Part shown: positions 26,051 to 40,197 of the stretch, in pieces
How positions within the stretch are numbered: the stretch's first letter is position 1
Layout: every line of letters begins with the position of its first letter
Source: Eukaryota sp. TZLM1-RC
Lineage: Eukaryota > Protista > Metamonada: BaSk clade
Assembly: GCA_040285825.1 (NCBI GenBank)
Contig: JAUPSS010000015.1
Span: 1-64,000 of the forward strand
DNA length: 64,000 nt
Direction: 5' to 3'
Position numbers and translations under genes: made by a program
Notes under the pieces: model-generated
What the model was told of the DNA's origin: nothing
The model's input: the letters and a program-made list of their open reading frames with translations, nothing else
Database searches by the model: none

Positions 26051-28804
26051 TTTTTTTTTTAAAATTTAATTTTATTCTAAACCTATAAATCAACATCTAA
26101 AAAATCCATCTCTCCCAAAACAAAAACACTAGATGCAACTCTCTCATAGTGAGATCCAAGAGAAAGCAAAGCATCAGAAACCATCTTCAACATTCCCTTA
26201 AAAATAGAAAACACAATTCTATTTTGCCAAAACAATCTGTTGAAATTTCTGCCAGTTCTTCTCTTTACAATCATTTCAAAATCATCCAAAAAACGTAAAG
26301 CAGTTGGTGCAAGTGAACCAAAAAGGGAAAATACAAATGGATACAAATTGTATTTTGCATGCTGTAGACTGGCCAATTTGGACAAAGGTTCATTGTATTT
26401 TTTGAATTTAAAATTTTCAGCATTTGAAAGGGGATTATGAATTTCAGAATTAACAAGCCTTTCATTTGAGGCATTACAAGGATCAACAGACATTACATCC
26501 AATAAAATGAAGCTTCCATCTAATCCAGGTAATATGACATCACCTCTATTATTCTTATGAAAATCATTTTCAGCATCAAACAGATTTGACAACAGAGGTT
26601 CCAAGAAGGATTCAATTCTATGAGATTTACACATACAATATAACTGGTCTCTTACAGCATCATGAACCTTGCTTCTAAAAAGTAATAAAATGTTTACAAT
26701 TTAACAAATGAGTAGTTGTAATTTCTCGAGAACATTTACAAATTAAATTATGAGGTAAATTATCAGGCCAGATAAAGGAACGAAATCTCATATTCAGAGT
26801 CCAAGCAGAATCGGATAAGAGAGTACCATAAACTTGTGGAATTGTTGTTACTAAGGCAGAAGAAGTACTGTCACACATATCTTGTAAAAGATTTGCAAAA
26901 GCGGGATTCTTTTTCTTGGCCAAGCCAAGTCTAACATCAAAAATCCAAGCTTTCAAAAATCTTTGACAATTTTTTGTTGAAGCTTTTTTACAGCAAAACT
27001 GTAAATTAAATAGAGATCGGTTTGGAATTTCTTGAATTGATTGAGGAAAACATTTGGTCCAAATTTGTGGCGGTAATTTTTTTCAAGTTCACAAGATAAC
27101 TCATACAAATAGGGACTACAATTGGGGACTAACAGATGAGAATCATCAGGAAATCTACGAGAAAAATTCATAAATAAAATTTTTGCCACCACCCAAGAAT
27201 GCTGATTGACACAAAATTGAAGATTTAGTAAATCCAATACCCCCCAAATTTGCTGAAGAAAATAAGTGACTTTTCAACATTCCTGGTTCTACATCCAATA
27301 AATCAGCAAAAAATTCTGTTCTCAATGAATTGAATGAACGACAAAAATCTAATGCTATGGAAGGAGCACAAGATCTCAAAATGTGGGTTATTCTCCCAGT
27401 GTAGCAAATTTTAAGCATGAAAAAAATTTAATATGCTTTTTCTATATCTAAAGAAGAAATTGAATCAAGTTCAATTTTCATTTTTTCCAAAATAACTTGC
27501 AATTCATTCTGAATTTGAGGCACATTTCCTAACCAACAACCAAGGAACTTAAAAGCATCACTACATATAATTAGTAAAAGGGACAATAGAATCGTTTATC
27601 ACGAGGTCTTGAGCAGAAGAGCCAATCAGAAGGCATTTGCTGGCATTAAGATGAAGCCCAATATTTTCATATGAATCGGCAATTTCTTGAGCAACCAATT
27701 CTAGTAAATCAAATGAACCAATCAAGGATATATCATCCATATAAGCAACTATTTTTATAGAAGGGTATTTTTTTGCTTAATGATATTTAAAGTTTTGTGA
27801 ATAGCTAAACAAAACAATAATGGGCCTAAAGGATCTCCCTGCTTCACTCCAGAAGATGATTTAAGAGCAAATGAATTAAAAAAATTAAATCTGATTCTTT
27901 ACCATAAAAAAATGGTAGAAAAAAACTCGATAGCTCAGGAAAATCAGATTTAATAACTTCAAAAATTGCTTCTCGCTTTACAGAATTAAAAGCATTTTTA
28001 AAGTCGAGATTAAAATAAAATTATTTTCCTCTGCATTAAAAAAAGGTATCAGAGGCAATAGCAGCAACAGAAGCACCATCAATTGTTTTTGATTCCAAAT
28101 TGATGAGGATTCAAAAATGTAGAAGCTTTGTCTTTGACACGATCGAAGACAATTGATGCTAGCAAACGAGAAAGAGATTCACCAACAGCAATTGGGCGTA
28201 TTCCATCAGGTTTGATTCCGTTTCCAGGCTTTACTAAAAGCAATCAGACGTGCTGCGAGTAATTCAAATGGAGGATTAATTTTCAAAACAATTAATTGTT
28301 GAAAATAGTGGGCTAGATCATCAGCAATTTCGGGAACACTGGAACACGCTATTTTTAAGAGATCAAAAAGAAATTCCAGATGGGCCTGCTGCTTTCCCCT
28401 TAGGTAATTTTTTTGAATAGCTGTAAGAACTTCAATTGCAGTAATAGGATTTTCAATCCAAAAAGGACACACTTCAGGCTTGCTGCACTTGAAATTTTCT
28501 TGAGGATGCAACTTTTGAAGTTTTTCAAGGGTATCAGAGTTTGCATCAGCCAAAGAAGAGGAAAACAAAGACTGCTTTTGCGGCACCATAACGACCACGT
28601 AAGCACAATTTACGGCAAATTTTTGATTTTACAATTTTTCTATTTCCAAATTTTTTTCTTAAAACAATTTTTTTGTTTTTTTCTAGCAAAAATATTTCCA
28701 GAAGGATGAAATATTCCACTTATTATTTTTTTCAATTCAGAAGTAAAATTTCTCATTTCCATTGAGAAGGGATTGTGCTGTGGGACTTATTTCTACTGGG
28801 ATCC
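26051..28804 (-). mobile_element. Family A, long 5'-truncated copy
   Basis: Poly(T) at 26051; spans the pre-RT region through RLE; ORF 26083-26634. Confidence 0.9.
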
Positions 28805-28821
28805 TTCAATTTCTGGCACAA

Positions 28822-30953
28822 TTTTTTTTTAAAAAAATTTAATTTTATTCTAAACCTATAAATCAACATCTAAAAAAATCCATCTCTCCCAAAACAAAAA
28901 CACTAGATGCAACTCTCTCATAGTGAGATCCAAGAGAAAGCAAAGCATCAGAAACCATCTTCAACATTCCCTTAAAAAAATAGAAAACACAATTCTATTT
29001 TTGCCAAAACAATCTGTTGAAATTTCTGCCAGTTCTTCTCTTTACAATCATTTCAAAATCATCCAAAAAAACGTAAAAGCAGTTGGTGCAAGTGAACCAA
29101 AAAGGGAAAATACAAATGGATACAAATTGTATTTTTGCATGCTGTAGACTGGCCAATTTGGACAAAAGGTTCATTGTATTTTTTTGAATTTAAAATTTTC
29201 AGCATTTGAAAGGGGATTATGAATTTCAGAATTAACAAGCCTTTCATTTGAGGCATTACAAGGATCAACAGACATTACATCCAATAAAATGAAGCTTCCA
29301 TCTAATCCAGGTAATATGACATCACCTCTATTATTCTTATGAAAATCATTTTCAGCATCAAACAGATTTGACAACAGAGGTTCCAAGAAGGATTCAATTC
29401 TATGAGATTTACACATACAATATAACTGGTCTCTTACAGCATCATGAACCTTGCTTCTAAAAAGTAATAAAATGTTTACAATTTAACAAATGAGTAGTTG
29501 TAATTTCTCGAGAACATTTACAAATTAAATTATGAGGTAAATTATCAGGCCAGATAAAGGAACGAAATCTCATATTCAGAGTCCAAGCAGAATCGGATAA
29601 GAGAGTACCATAAACTTGTGGAATTGTTGTTACTAAGGCAGAAGAAGTACTGTCACACATATCTTGTAAAAGATTTGCAAAAGCGGGATTCTTTTTTTCT
29701 TGGCCAAGCCAAGTCTAACATCAAAATCCAAGCTTTCAAAAATCTTTGACAATTTTTGTTGAAGCTTTTTACAGCAAAACTGTAAAATTAAATAGAGATC
29801 GGTTTGGAATTTCTTGAATTGATTGAGGAAAACATTTGGTCCAAATTTGTGGCGGTAATTTTTTTCAAGTTCACAAGATAACTCATACAAATAGGGACTA
29901 CAATTGGGGACTAACAGATGAGAATCATCAGGAAATCTACGAGAAAAATTCATAAATAAAATTTTGCCACCACCCAAGAATGCTGATTGACACAAAATTG
30001 AAGATTTAGTAAAACCAATACCACCCAAATTTGCTGAAGAAAATAAATGGCTTTTCAACATTCCTGGTTCTACATCCAATAAATCAGCAAAAAAATTCTG
30101 TTCTCAATGAATTAAAAGAACGACAAAAAAACTAATGCTATGGAAGGAGCACAAGATCTCAAAATGTGGGTTATTCTCCCAGTGTAGCAAATTTTAAGCA
30201 TGAAAAAAATTTAATATGCTTTTCTATATCTAAAGAAGAAATTGAATCAAGTTCAATTTTCATTTTTTCCAAAATAACTTGCAATTCATTCTGAATTTGA
30301 GGCACATTTCCTAACCAACAACCAAGGAACTTAAAAGCATCACTACTATAATTAGTAAAAGGGACAATAGAATCGTTTATCACGAGGTCTTGAGCAGAAG
30401 AGCCAATCAGAAGGCATTTGCTGGCATTAAGATGAAGCCCAATATTTTTCATATGAATCGGCAATTTCTTGAGCAACCAATTCTAGTAAATCAAATGAAC
30501 CAATCAAGGATATATCATCCATATAAGCAACTATTTTTTTATAGAAGGGTATTTTTTTGCTTAATGATATTTAAAGTTTTGTGAATAGCTAAACAAAACA
30601 ATAATGGGCCTAAAGGATCTCCCTGCTTCACTCCAGAAGATGATTTAAGACCAAATGAATTAAAAAAATTAAATCTGATTCTTTCCCATAAAAAAATGGT
30701 AGAAAAAAAACTCGATAGCTCAGGAAAATCAGATTTAATAACTTCAAAAATTGCTTCTCGCTTTACAGAATTAAAAGCATTTTTAAAGTCGAGATTAAAA
30801 ATAAAATTATTTTCCTCTGCATTAAAAAAGGTATCAGAGGCAATAGCAGCAACAGAAGCACCATCAATTGTTTTGATTCCAAATTGATGAGGATTCAAAA
30901 ATGTAGAAGCTTTGTCTTTGACACGATCGAAGACAATTGATGCTAGCAAACGA
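28822..30953 (-). mobile_element. Family A, 5'-truncated copy, head-to-tail with the previous copy
   Basis: Poly(T) at 28822; the pair is bracketed by ttattaaactac at 26039-26050 and 30966-30977. Confidence 0.88.
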
Positions 30954-30987
30954 TATTAAAGCAACTTATTAAACTACAGTCTAAAAG

Positions 30988-31590
30988 AATATATTTATTG
31001 AATTTGCACACTTGATTAAATTAAATCATAACTAATGGGACGACTATCATTAAACCAAGATTTCCTCTACAAAATCTTGATTTGCTTGCTGTCTAGCTAA
31101 AGCTTCTCTAATTCGATTGAAAAACCGCGGTAATCTATTAATAATGGCAAATTGAATCCGTGAACGCCATAAAAAAATATCAAATCTTTTCATTGTTTTT
31201 TCTTTCACCATTTTTTGGAAGTCATCCAAAAAAGTTTCTGCTTCAACTGATAATCTTCCATTTATCGAAAATGGGAAAGCAATAAAAACCAGCTGTGTAT
31301 TTCTATCGACAATTGCATCTTCAATTTCTTTATCATATTTTCTATGTTTTTCTTTTGCTTTAAAATCCAGAGCAGCAACAGGATTAAGTTTTCTTCTGTG
31401 AACCAAAGTATCGTTTGCAACATTACATGAGACAAAGTCAACAATAGCTTCAGAATTATCAATCCAATCACAGTATACATCACCTCTATCATCAGAACCA
31501 AAATTATTCAGAGAAAGTGTTTCCTTCAGCAGGGGCTCTTTGATACACGATATCCTTGCAGTTTGTGCCATATTGAAAACAGTGTCTCTA
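30988..31590 (-). mobile_element. Family C 3' 0.6 kb inserted at the family B stop codon
   Basis: TSD acagtctaaaag at 30976-30987 and 31591-31602; open endonuclease ORF 31050-31571. Confidence 0.9.
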
Positions 31591-32434
31591 ACAGTCTAAA
31601 AGTCAATATCTTCAAAACAAGCTTCCACACCATCAAACCTCACAACAGCAATTTCTTCGTAATGTGCACTGACAGACATCAAAGCTTTCGAAATCATTTT
31701 AGGAATTGATTTGAAAATAGTAAAAACAATACGATTTAGCCACAAGCGACGATCAAAACGCTTATTCATTCTTCTTTTCACAAGATTTTCAAAATCATCA
31801 ATAAAATTCATAGCAGTTTTTCCAAGACGACCATACAACGATATAGCAAATGGGCAAATTTGGTAATCTACATGGCGAACATGTTTCAATTCTTTTAAAG
31901 GATTTGCATATTTTTTCCGTTTGTACAATTCGGAGTCATCAAGGGGGATACTTCAGATTGAGCATTTTTTTCAAGGCATTTTTTTCTTGCAAACATCCAC
32001 TGTTACGACATCAACAACATTCATGACATCATCAAACGAGGGCACAACAACATCAGCACGTCGTTTTTCCATATTCTGAATCTCTTACGCTTTCATTTTA
32101 TATCAAGAGACCTCAACAAAGGTTCTACAAAAAGATTCAATATGATAGGAATTACACATTGCATGGATTTGATCTCTGACTGCATCATGCAACGTAGAAC
32201 GATAGGAAATAAATCTATTACAATTAAATAAATGTGATAATGTTAAACCAGCTCCACATTTGCAAAAACAAATCATTGGGCAAATTACAAGGCCATAAAT
32301 AACAACGCATTCTCATAGCAGTGGTCCATTGGTCGTCATTCAAAAATAGGACAAAAATCTGGGGAATTTGATTTATCGAAACTGCAGATGAACTGTCCTT
32401 CAAATCAATCAAAAAATTTGCAAAAGCAGGATTT
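31591..32434 (-). mobile_element. Family B 3' part (continues at 34383-34722)
   Basis: ORF 31596-31928 ends EDIDF. Confidence 0.88.
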
Positions 32435-34382
32435 AAAAATGCTTTTTAATTCTGTAAAAGCGAGAAGCAATTTTTTTGAAGTTATTAAATCTGATTTTTC
32501 CTGAGCTATCGAGTTTTTTTACCATTTTTTTATGGGAAAGAATCAGATTTAATTTTTTTAATTCATTTGGACTTAAATCATCTTCTGGTGTGAAGCAAGG
32601 TGATCCTTTAGGTCCATTATTGTTTTGGTTTAGCTATTCACAAAACTTTTAAATATCATTAAGCAAAAATACCCTTCCATAAAAAAATAGTTGCTTATAT
32701 GGATGATATATCCTTGATTGGTTCATTTGATTTACTAGAATTGGTTGCTCAAGAAATTGCCGATTCATATGAAAATATTGGGCTTCATCTTAATGCCAGC
32801 AAATGCCTTCTGATTGGCTCTTCTGCTCAAGACCTCGTGATAAACGATTCTATTGTCCCTTTTACTAATTATAGTAGTGATGCTTTTTAAGTTCCTTGGT
32901 TGTTGGTTAGGAAATGTGTCTCAAATTCATAATGAATTGCAAGTTATTTTTGGAAAAAAAATGAAAATTGAACTTGATTCAATTTCTTCTTTAGATATAG
33001 AAAAGCATATTAAATTTTTTTCATGCTTAAAATTTGCTACACTGGGAGAATAACCCACATTTTTGAGATCTTGTGCTCCTTCCATAGCATTAGATTTTTT
33101 TGTCGTTCATTCAATTCATTGAGAACAGAATTTTTTTGCTGATTTATTGGATGTAGAACCAGGAATGTTGAAAAGTCACTTATTTTCTTCCAGCAAATTT
33201 GGGGGTATTGGATTTACTAAATCTTCAATTTTTGTGTCAATCAGCATTCTTGGGTGGTGGCAAAAATTTTATTTATGAATTTTTCTCGTAGATTTCCTGA
33301 TGATTCTCATCTGTTAGTCCCCAATTGTAGTCCCTATTTGTATGAGTTATCTTGTGAACTTGAAAAATTGCCGCCACAAATTTGGACCAAATGTTTTCCT
33401 CAATCAATTCAAGAAATTCCAAACCGATCTCTATTTAATTTACAGATTTGCTGTAAAAAGCTTCAACAAAAAAATTGTCAAAGATTTTTGAAAGCTTGGA
33501 TTTTGATGTTAGACTTGGCTTGGCCAAGAAAAAGAATCCCGCTTTTGCAAATCTTTTACAAGATATGTGTGACAGTACTTCTGCCTTAGTAACAACAATT
33601 CCACAAGTTTATGGTACTCTCTTATCCGATTCTGCTTGGACTCTGAATATGAGATTTCGTTCCTTTATCTGGCCTGATAATTTACCTCATAATTTAATTT
33701 GTAAATGTTCTCGAGAAATTACAACTACTCATTTGTTAAATTGTAAACATTTTATTACTTTTAGAAGCAAGGTTCATGATGCTGTAAGAGACCAGTTATA
33801 TTGTATGTGTAAATCTCATAGAATTGAATCCTTCTTGGAACCTCTGTTGTCAAATCTGTTTGATGCTGAAAATGATTTTCATAAGAATAATAGAGGTGAT
33901 GTCATATTTCCTGGATTAGATGGAAGCTTCATTTTATTGGATGTAATGTCTGTTGATCCTTGTAATGCCTCAAATGAAAGGCTTGTTAATTCTGAAATTC
34001 ATAATCCCCTTTCAAATGTTGAAAATTTTAAATTCAAAAAATACAATGAACCTTTGTCCAAATTGGCCAGTCTACAGCATGCAAAATACAATTTGTATCC
34101 ATTTGTATTTTCCCTTTTTGGTTCACTTGCACCAACTGCTTTACGTTTTTTGGATGATTTTGAAATGATTGTAAAGAGAAGAACTGGCAGAAATTTCAAC
34201 AGATTGTTTTGGCAAAATAGAATTGTGTTTTCTATTTTTAAGGGGATGATGAAGATGGTTTCTGATGCTTTGCTTTCTCTTGGATCTCACTATGAGAGAG
34301 TTGCATCTAGTGTTTTTGTTTTGGGAGAGATGGATTTTTTAGATGTTGATTTATAGGTTTAGAATAAAATTAAATTTTAAAA
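32435..34382 (+). mobile_element. Family A, 5'-truncated, antisense in B
   Basis: TSD aaaagcaggattt at 32422-32434 and 34383-34395; ORF 33475-34356. Confidence 0.9.
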
Positions 34383-34862
34383 AAAAGCAGGATTTTTTTT
34401 TCTTAGCCGTGCTAAGTCGAACAATAAAATCCTTGCTTTCAAATTTTCTCAAAAGATGTCGTTGGAGCTTTTTCAACGCAAATTTTAATGAATACAAACT
34501 TCTGTCTGGAATTTCTTGAATGGATATGGGGAAACATGATTGCCATAAGTCGGGAGATAAACTGGATATTTCTTCTTTTAAGTTATCGAGGAATAAGCTA
34601 TTTGTAGTTTCAAGAAGATTTTCGGAAAAAGGATATCTTCTAGAGAATTCAAATACAAAATTTTTTCCACCACCAATAAATGCAGCTTTGGTCAAATATT
34701 TTGATGAATTGAATCCAACACCTTTTTACAATCATTTCAAAATCATCCAAAAACGTAAAGCAGTTGGTGCAAGTGAACCAAAAAGGGAAAGTACAAATGG
34801 ATACAAATTGTATTTTGCATGCTGTAGACTGGCCAATTTGGACAAAGGTTCATATTATTTTT

Positions 34863-35733
34863 TTAATGAAAAATTTTAATTTATTATTAAACTACAGTCT
34901 AAAAGTCAATATCTTCAAAACAAGCTTCCACACCATCAAACCTCACAACAGCAATTTCTTCGTAATGTGCACTGACAGACATCAAAGCTTTCGAATTCAT
35001 TTTAGGAATTGATTTGAAAATGGTAAAAACAATACGATTTAGCCACAAGCGACGATCAAAACGCTTATTCATTCTTCTTTTCACAAGATTTTCAAAATCA
35101 TCAATAAAATTCATAGCAGTTTTTCCAAGACGACCATACAACGATATAGCAAATGGGCAAATTTGGTAATCTACATGGCGAACATGTTTCAATTCTTTTA
35201 AAGGATTTGCATATTTTTTCCGTTTGTACAATTCGGAGTCATCAAGGGGGGATACTTCAGATTGAGCATTTTTCAAGGCATTTTTCTTGCAAACATCCAC
35301 TGTTACGACATCAACAACATTCATGACATCATCAAACGAGGGCACAACAACATCAGCACGTCGTTTTTCCATATTCTGAATCTCTTACGCTTTCATTTTA
35401 TATCAAGAGACCTCAACAAAGGTTCTACAAAAAGATTCAATATGATAGGAATTACACATTGCATGGATTTGATCTCTGACTGCATCATGCAACGTAGAAC
35501 GATAGGAAATAAATCTATTACAATTAAATAAATGTGATAATGTCAAACCAGCTCCACATTTGCAAAACAAATCATTGGGCAAATTACAAGGCCATAAATA
35601 ACAACGCATTCTCATAGCAGTGGTCCATTGGTCGTCATTCAAAAATAGGCCAAAAATCTGGGGAATTTGATTTATCAAAACTGCAGATGAACTGTCCTTC
35701 AAATCAATCAAAAAATTTGCAAAAGCAGGATTT
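34863..35733 (-). mobile_element. Family B 3' part (continues at 37695-38042)
   Basis: ORFs 34899-35372 and 35403-35768. Confidence 0.88.
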
Positions 35734-37694
35734 AAAAATGCTTTTAATTCTGTAAAAGCGAGAAGCAATTTTTTTGAAGTTATTAAATCTGATTTTCCTG
35801 AGCTATCGAGTTTTTTCTACCATTTTTATGGGAAAGAATCAGATTTAATTTTTCATTCATTTGGTCTTAAATCATCTTCTGGAGTGAAGCAAGGTGATCC
35901 TTTAGGTCCATTATTGTTTTGTTTAGCTATTCACAAAACTTTAAATATCATTAAGCAAAAATACCCTTCCATAAAAATAGTTGCTTATATGGATGATATA
36001 TCCTTGATTGGTTCATTTGATTTACTAGAATTGGTTGCTCAAGAAATTGCCGATTCATATGAAAATATTGGGCTTCATCTTAATGCCAGCAAATGCCTTC
36101 TGATTGGCTCTTCTGCTCAAGACCTCGTGATAAACGATTCTATTGTCCCTTTTACTAATTATAGTAGTGATGCTTTTAAGTTCCTTGGTTGTTGGTTAGG
36201 AAATGTGTCTCAAATTCATAATGAATTGCAAGTTATTTTGGAAAAAAAATGAAAATTGAACTTGATTCAATTTCTTCTTTAGATATAGAAAAAGCATATT
36301 AAATTTTTCATGCTTAAAAATTTGCTACACTGGGAGAATAACCCACATTTTGAGATCTTGTGCTCCTTCCATAGCATTAGATTTTTTTGTCGTTCATTCA
36401 ATTCATTGAGAACAGAATTTTTTTGCTGATTTATTGGATGTAGAACCAGGAATGTTGAAAAAGTCACTTATTTTCTTCAGCAAATTTGGGGGGGTATTGG
36501 ATTTACTAAATCTTCAATTTTGTGTCAATCAGCATTCTTGGGTGGTGGCAAAAAAATTTTTATTTATGAATTTTTCTCGTAGATTTCCTGATGATTCTCA
36601 TCTGTTAGTCCCCAATTGTAGTCCCTATTTGTATGAGTTATCTTGTGAACTTGAAAAAAATTGCCGCCACAAATTTGGACCAAATGTTTTTCCTCAATCA
36701 ATTCAAGAAATTCCAAACCGATCTCTATTTAATTTACAGATTTGCTGTAAAAAGCTTCAACATAAAAATTGTCAAGATTTTGAAAGCTTGGATTTTGATG
36801 TTAGACTTGGCTTGGCCAAGAAAAAAAGAATCCCGCTTTTGCAAATCTTTTTACAAGATATGTGTGACAGTACTTCTGCCTTAGTAACAACAATTCCACA
36901 AGTTTATGGTACTCTCTTATCCGATTCTGCTTGGACTCTGAATATGAGATTTCGTTCCTTTATCTGGCCTGATAATTTACCTCATAATTTAATTTGTAAA
37001 TGTTCTCGAGAAATTACAACTACTCATTTGTTAAATTGTAAACATTTTATTACTTTTTAGAAGCAAGGTTCATGATGCTGTAAGAGACCAGTTATATTGT
37101 ATGTGTAAATCTCATAGAATTGAATCCTTCTTGGAACCTCTGTTGTCAAATCTGTTTGATGCTGAAAATGATTTTCATAAGAATAATAGAGGTGATGTCA
37201 TATTACCTGGATTAGATGGAAGCTTCATTTTTATTGGATGTAATGTCTGTTGATCCTTGTAATGCCTCAAATGAAAGGCTTGTTAATTCTGAAATTCATA
37301 ATCCCCTTTCAAATGTTGAAAATTTTAAATTCAAAAAAATACAATGAACCTTTGTCCAAATTGGCCAGTCTACAGCATGCAAAAATACAATTTGTATCCA
37401 TTTGTATTTTCCCTTTTTGGTTCACTTGCACCAACTGCTTTACGTTTTTTTGGATGATTTTTGAAATGATTGTAAAGAGAAGAACTGGCAGAAATTTCAA
37501 CAGATTGTTTTGGCAAAAATAGAATTGTGTTTTTCTATTTTTTTAAGGGGATGTTGAAGATGGTTTCTGATGCTTTGCTTTCTCTTGGATCTCACTATGA
37601 GAGAGTTGCATCTAGTGTTTTTTTGTTTTTGGGAGAGATGGATTTTTTTAGATGTTGATTTATAGGTTTAGAATAAAATTAAATTTTAAAAAAG
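35734..37694 (+). mobile_element. Family A, duplicate of the 32435-34382 insertion
   Basis: Same 5' and 3' junctions and the same private variants (GNVSQIHNE, CDSTSAL one-codon deletion). Confidence 0.9.
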
Positions 37695-38185
37695 AAGCAG
37701 GATTTTTCTTTCTTAGCCGTGCTAAGTCGAACAATAAAAATCCTTGCTTTCAAATTTTCTCAAAAAGATGTCGTTGGAGCTTTTTTTCAACGCAAAATTT
37801 TTAATGAATACAAACTTCTGTCTGGAATTTCTTGAATGGATATGGGGAAACATGATTGCCATAAGTCGGGAGATAAACTGGATATTTCTTCTCTTAAGTT
37901 ATCGAGGAATAAGCTATTTGTAGTTTCAAGAAGATTTTTCGGCAAAAGGATATCTTCTATAGAATTCAAATACAAAAATTTTTTTCCACCACCAATAAAT
38001 GCAGCTTTGGTCAAATATTTTTGATGAATTGAATCCAACACCTTTTTACAATCATTTCAAAAATCATCCAAAAACCTAAAAGCAGTTCGTGCAAGTAAAC
38101 CAAAAAGGGAAAGTACAAATGGATACAAATTGTATTTTTGCATGCTGTAGACTGGCCAATTTGGACAAAGGTTCATTGTATTTTT

Positions 38186-39410
38186 GTTAATGAAAAAAAT
38201 TTTTAATTTATTATTCAACTACAGTCTAAAAGTCAATATCTTCAAAACAAGCTTCCACACCATCAAACCTCACAACAGCAATTTCTTCGTAATGTGCACT
38301 GACAGACATCAAAGCTTTCGAAATCATTTTTAGGAATTGATTTGAAAATAGTAAAAAAACAATACGATTTAGCCACAAGCGACGATCAAAAACGCTTATT
38401 CATTCTTCTTTTTCACAAGATTTTTCAAAAATCATCAATAAAAATTCATAGCAGTTTTTTTCCAAGACGACCATACAACGATATAGCAAATGGGCGAATT
38501 TGGTAATCTACATGGCGAACATGTTTCAATTCTTTTAAAGGATTTGCATATTTTTTTCGTTTGTACAATTCGGAGTCATCAAGGGGATACTTCAGATTGA
38601 GCATTTTTTTCAAGGCATTTTTTTCTTGCAAACATCCACTGTTACGACATCAACAACATTCATGACATCATCAAACGAGGGCACAACAACATCAGCACGT
38701 CGTTTTTCCATATTCTGAATCTCTTGCGCTTTCATTTTATATCAAGAGACCTCAACAAAGGTTCTACAAAAGATTCAATATGATAGGAATTACACATTGC
38801 ATGGATTTGATCTCTGACTGCATCATGCAACGTAGAACGATAGGAAATAAATCTATTACAATTAAATAAATGTGATAATGTTAAACCAGCTCCACATTTG
38901 CAAAACAAATCATTGGGCAAATTACAAGGCCATAAATAACAACGCATTCTCATAGCAGTGGTCCATTGGTCGTCATTCAAAAAAATAGGACAAAAAAATC
39001 TGGGGAATTTGATTTATCAAAACTGCAGATGAACTGTCCTTCAAATCAATCAAAAAATTTGCAAAAGCAGGATTTTCTTTCTTAGCCGTGCTAAGTCGAA
39101 CAATAAAATCCTTGCTTTTCAAATTTTCCTCAAAAGATGTCGTTGGAGCTTTTTCCAACGCAAATTTTAATGAATACAAACTTCTGTCTGGAATTTCTTG
39201 AATGGATATGGGGAAACATGATTGCCATAAGTCGGGAGATAAACTGGATATTTCTTCTCTTAAGTTATCGAGGAATAAGCTATTTGTAGTTTCAAGAAGA
39301 TTTTTCGGAAAAAAAGGATATCTTCTAGAGAATTCAAATACAAAAATTTTTTTCCACCACCAATAAATGCAGCTTTGGTCAAATATTTTTGATGAATTGA
39401 ATCCAACACC
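38186..39410 (-). mobile_element. Family B 3' 1.2 kb, backbone unit
   Basis: Same boundaries as the other units. Confidence 0.88.
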
Positions 39411-39552
39411 TTTTTTACAATCATTTCAAAATCATCCAAAAAACGTAAAGCAGTTGGTGCAAGTGAACCAAAAAGGGAAAATACAAATGGATACAAATTG
39501 TATTTTGCATGCTGTAGACTGGCCAATTTGGACAAAGGTTCATATTATTTTT

Positions 39553-40197
39553 TTAATGAAAAAAATTTTTAATTTATTATTAAACTACAGTCTAAAAGTC
39601 AATATCTTCAAAACAAGCTTCCACACCATCAAACCTCACAACAGCAATTTCTTCGTAATGTGCACTGACAGACATCAAAGCTTTCGAATTCATTTTTAGG
39701 AATTGATTTGAAAAATGGTAAAAAAACAATACGATTTAGCCACAAGCGACGATCAAAACGCTTATTCATTCTTCTTTTCACAAGATTTTTCAAAATCATC
39801 AATAAAAATTCATAGCAGTTTTTTTCCAAGACGACCATACAACGATATAGCAAATGGGCAAATTTGGTAATCTACATGGCGAACATGTTTCAATTCTTTT
39901 AAAGGATTTGCATATTTTTTCCGTTTGTACAATTCGGAGTCATCAAGGGGGGATACTTCAGATTGAGCATTTTTCAAGGCATTTTTCTTGCAAACATCCA
40001 CTGTTACGACATCAACAACATTCATGACATCATCAAACGAGGGCACAACAACATCAGCACGTCGTTTTCCATATTCTGAATCTCTTACGCTTTCATTTAT
40101 ATCAAGAGACCTCAACAAAGGTTCTACAAAAGATTCAATATGATAGGAATTACACATTGCATGGATTTGATCTCTGACTGCATCATGCAACGTAGAA
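39553..40197 (-). mobile_element. Family B 3' part (continues at 43049-43582)
   Basis: ORF 39810-40244. Confidence 0.88.
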
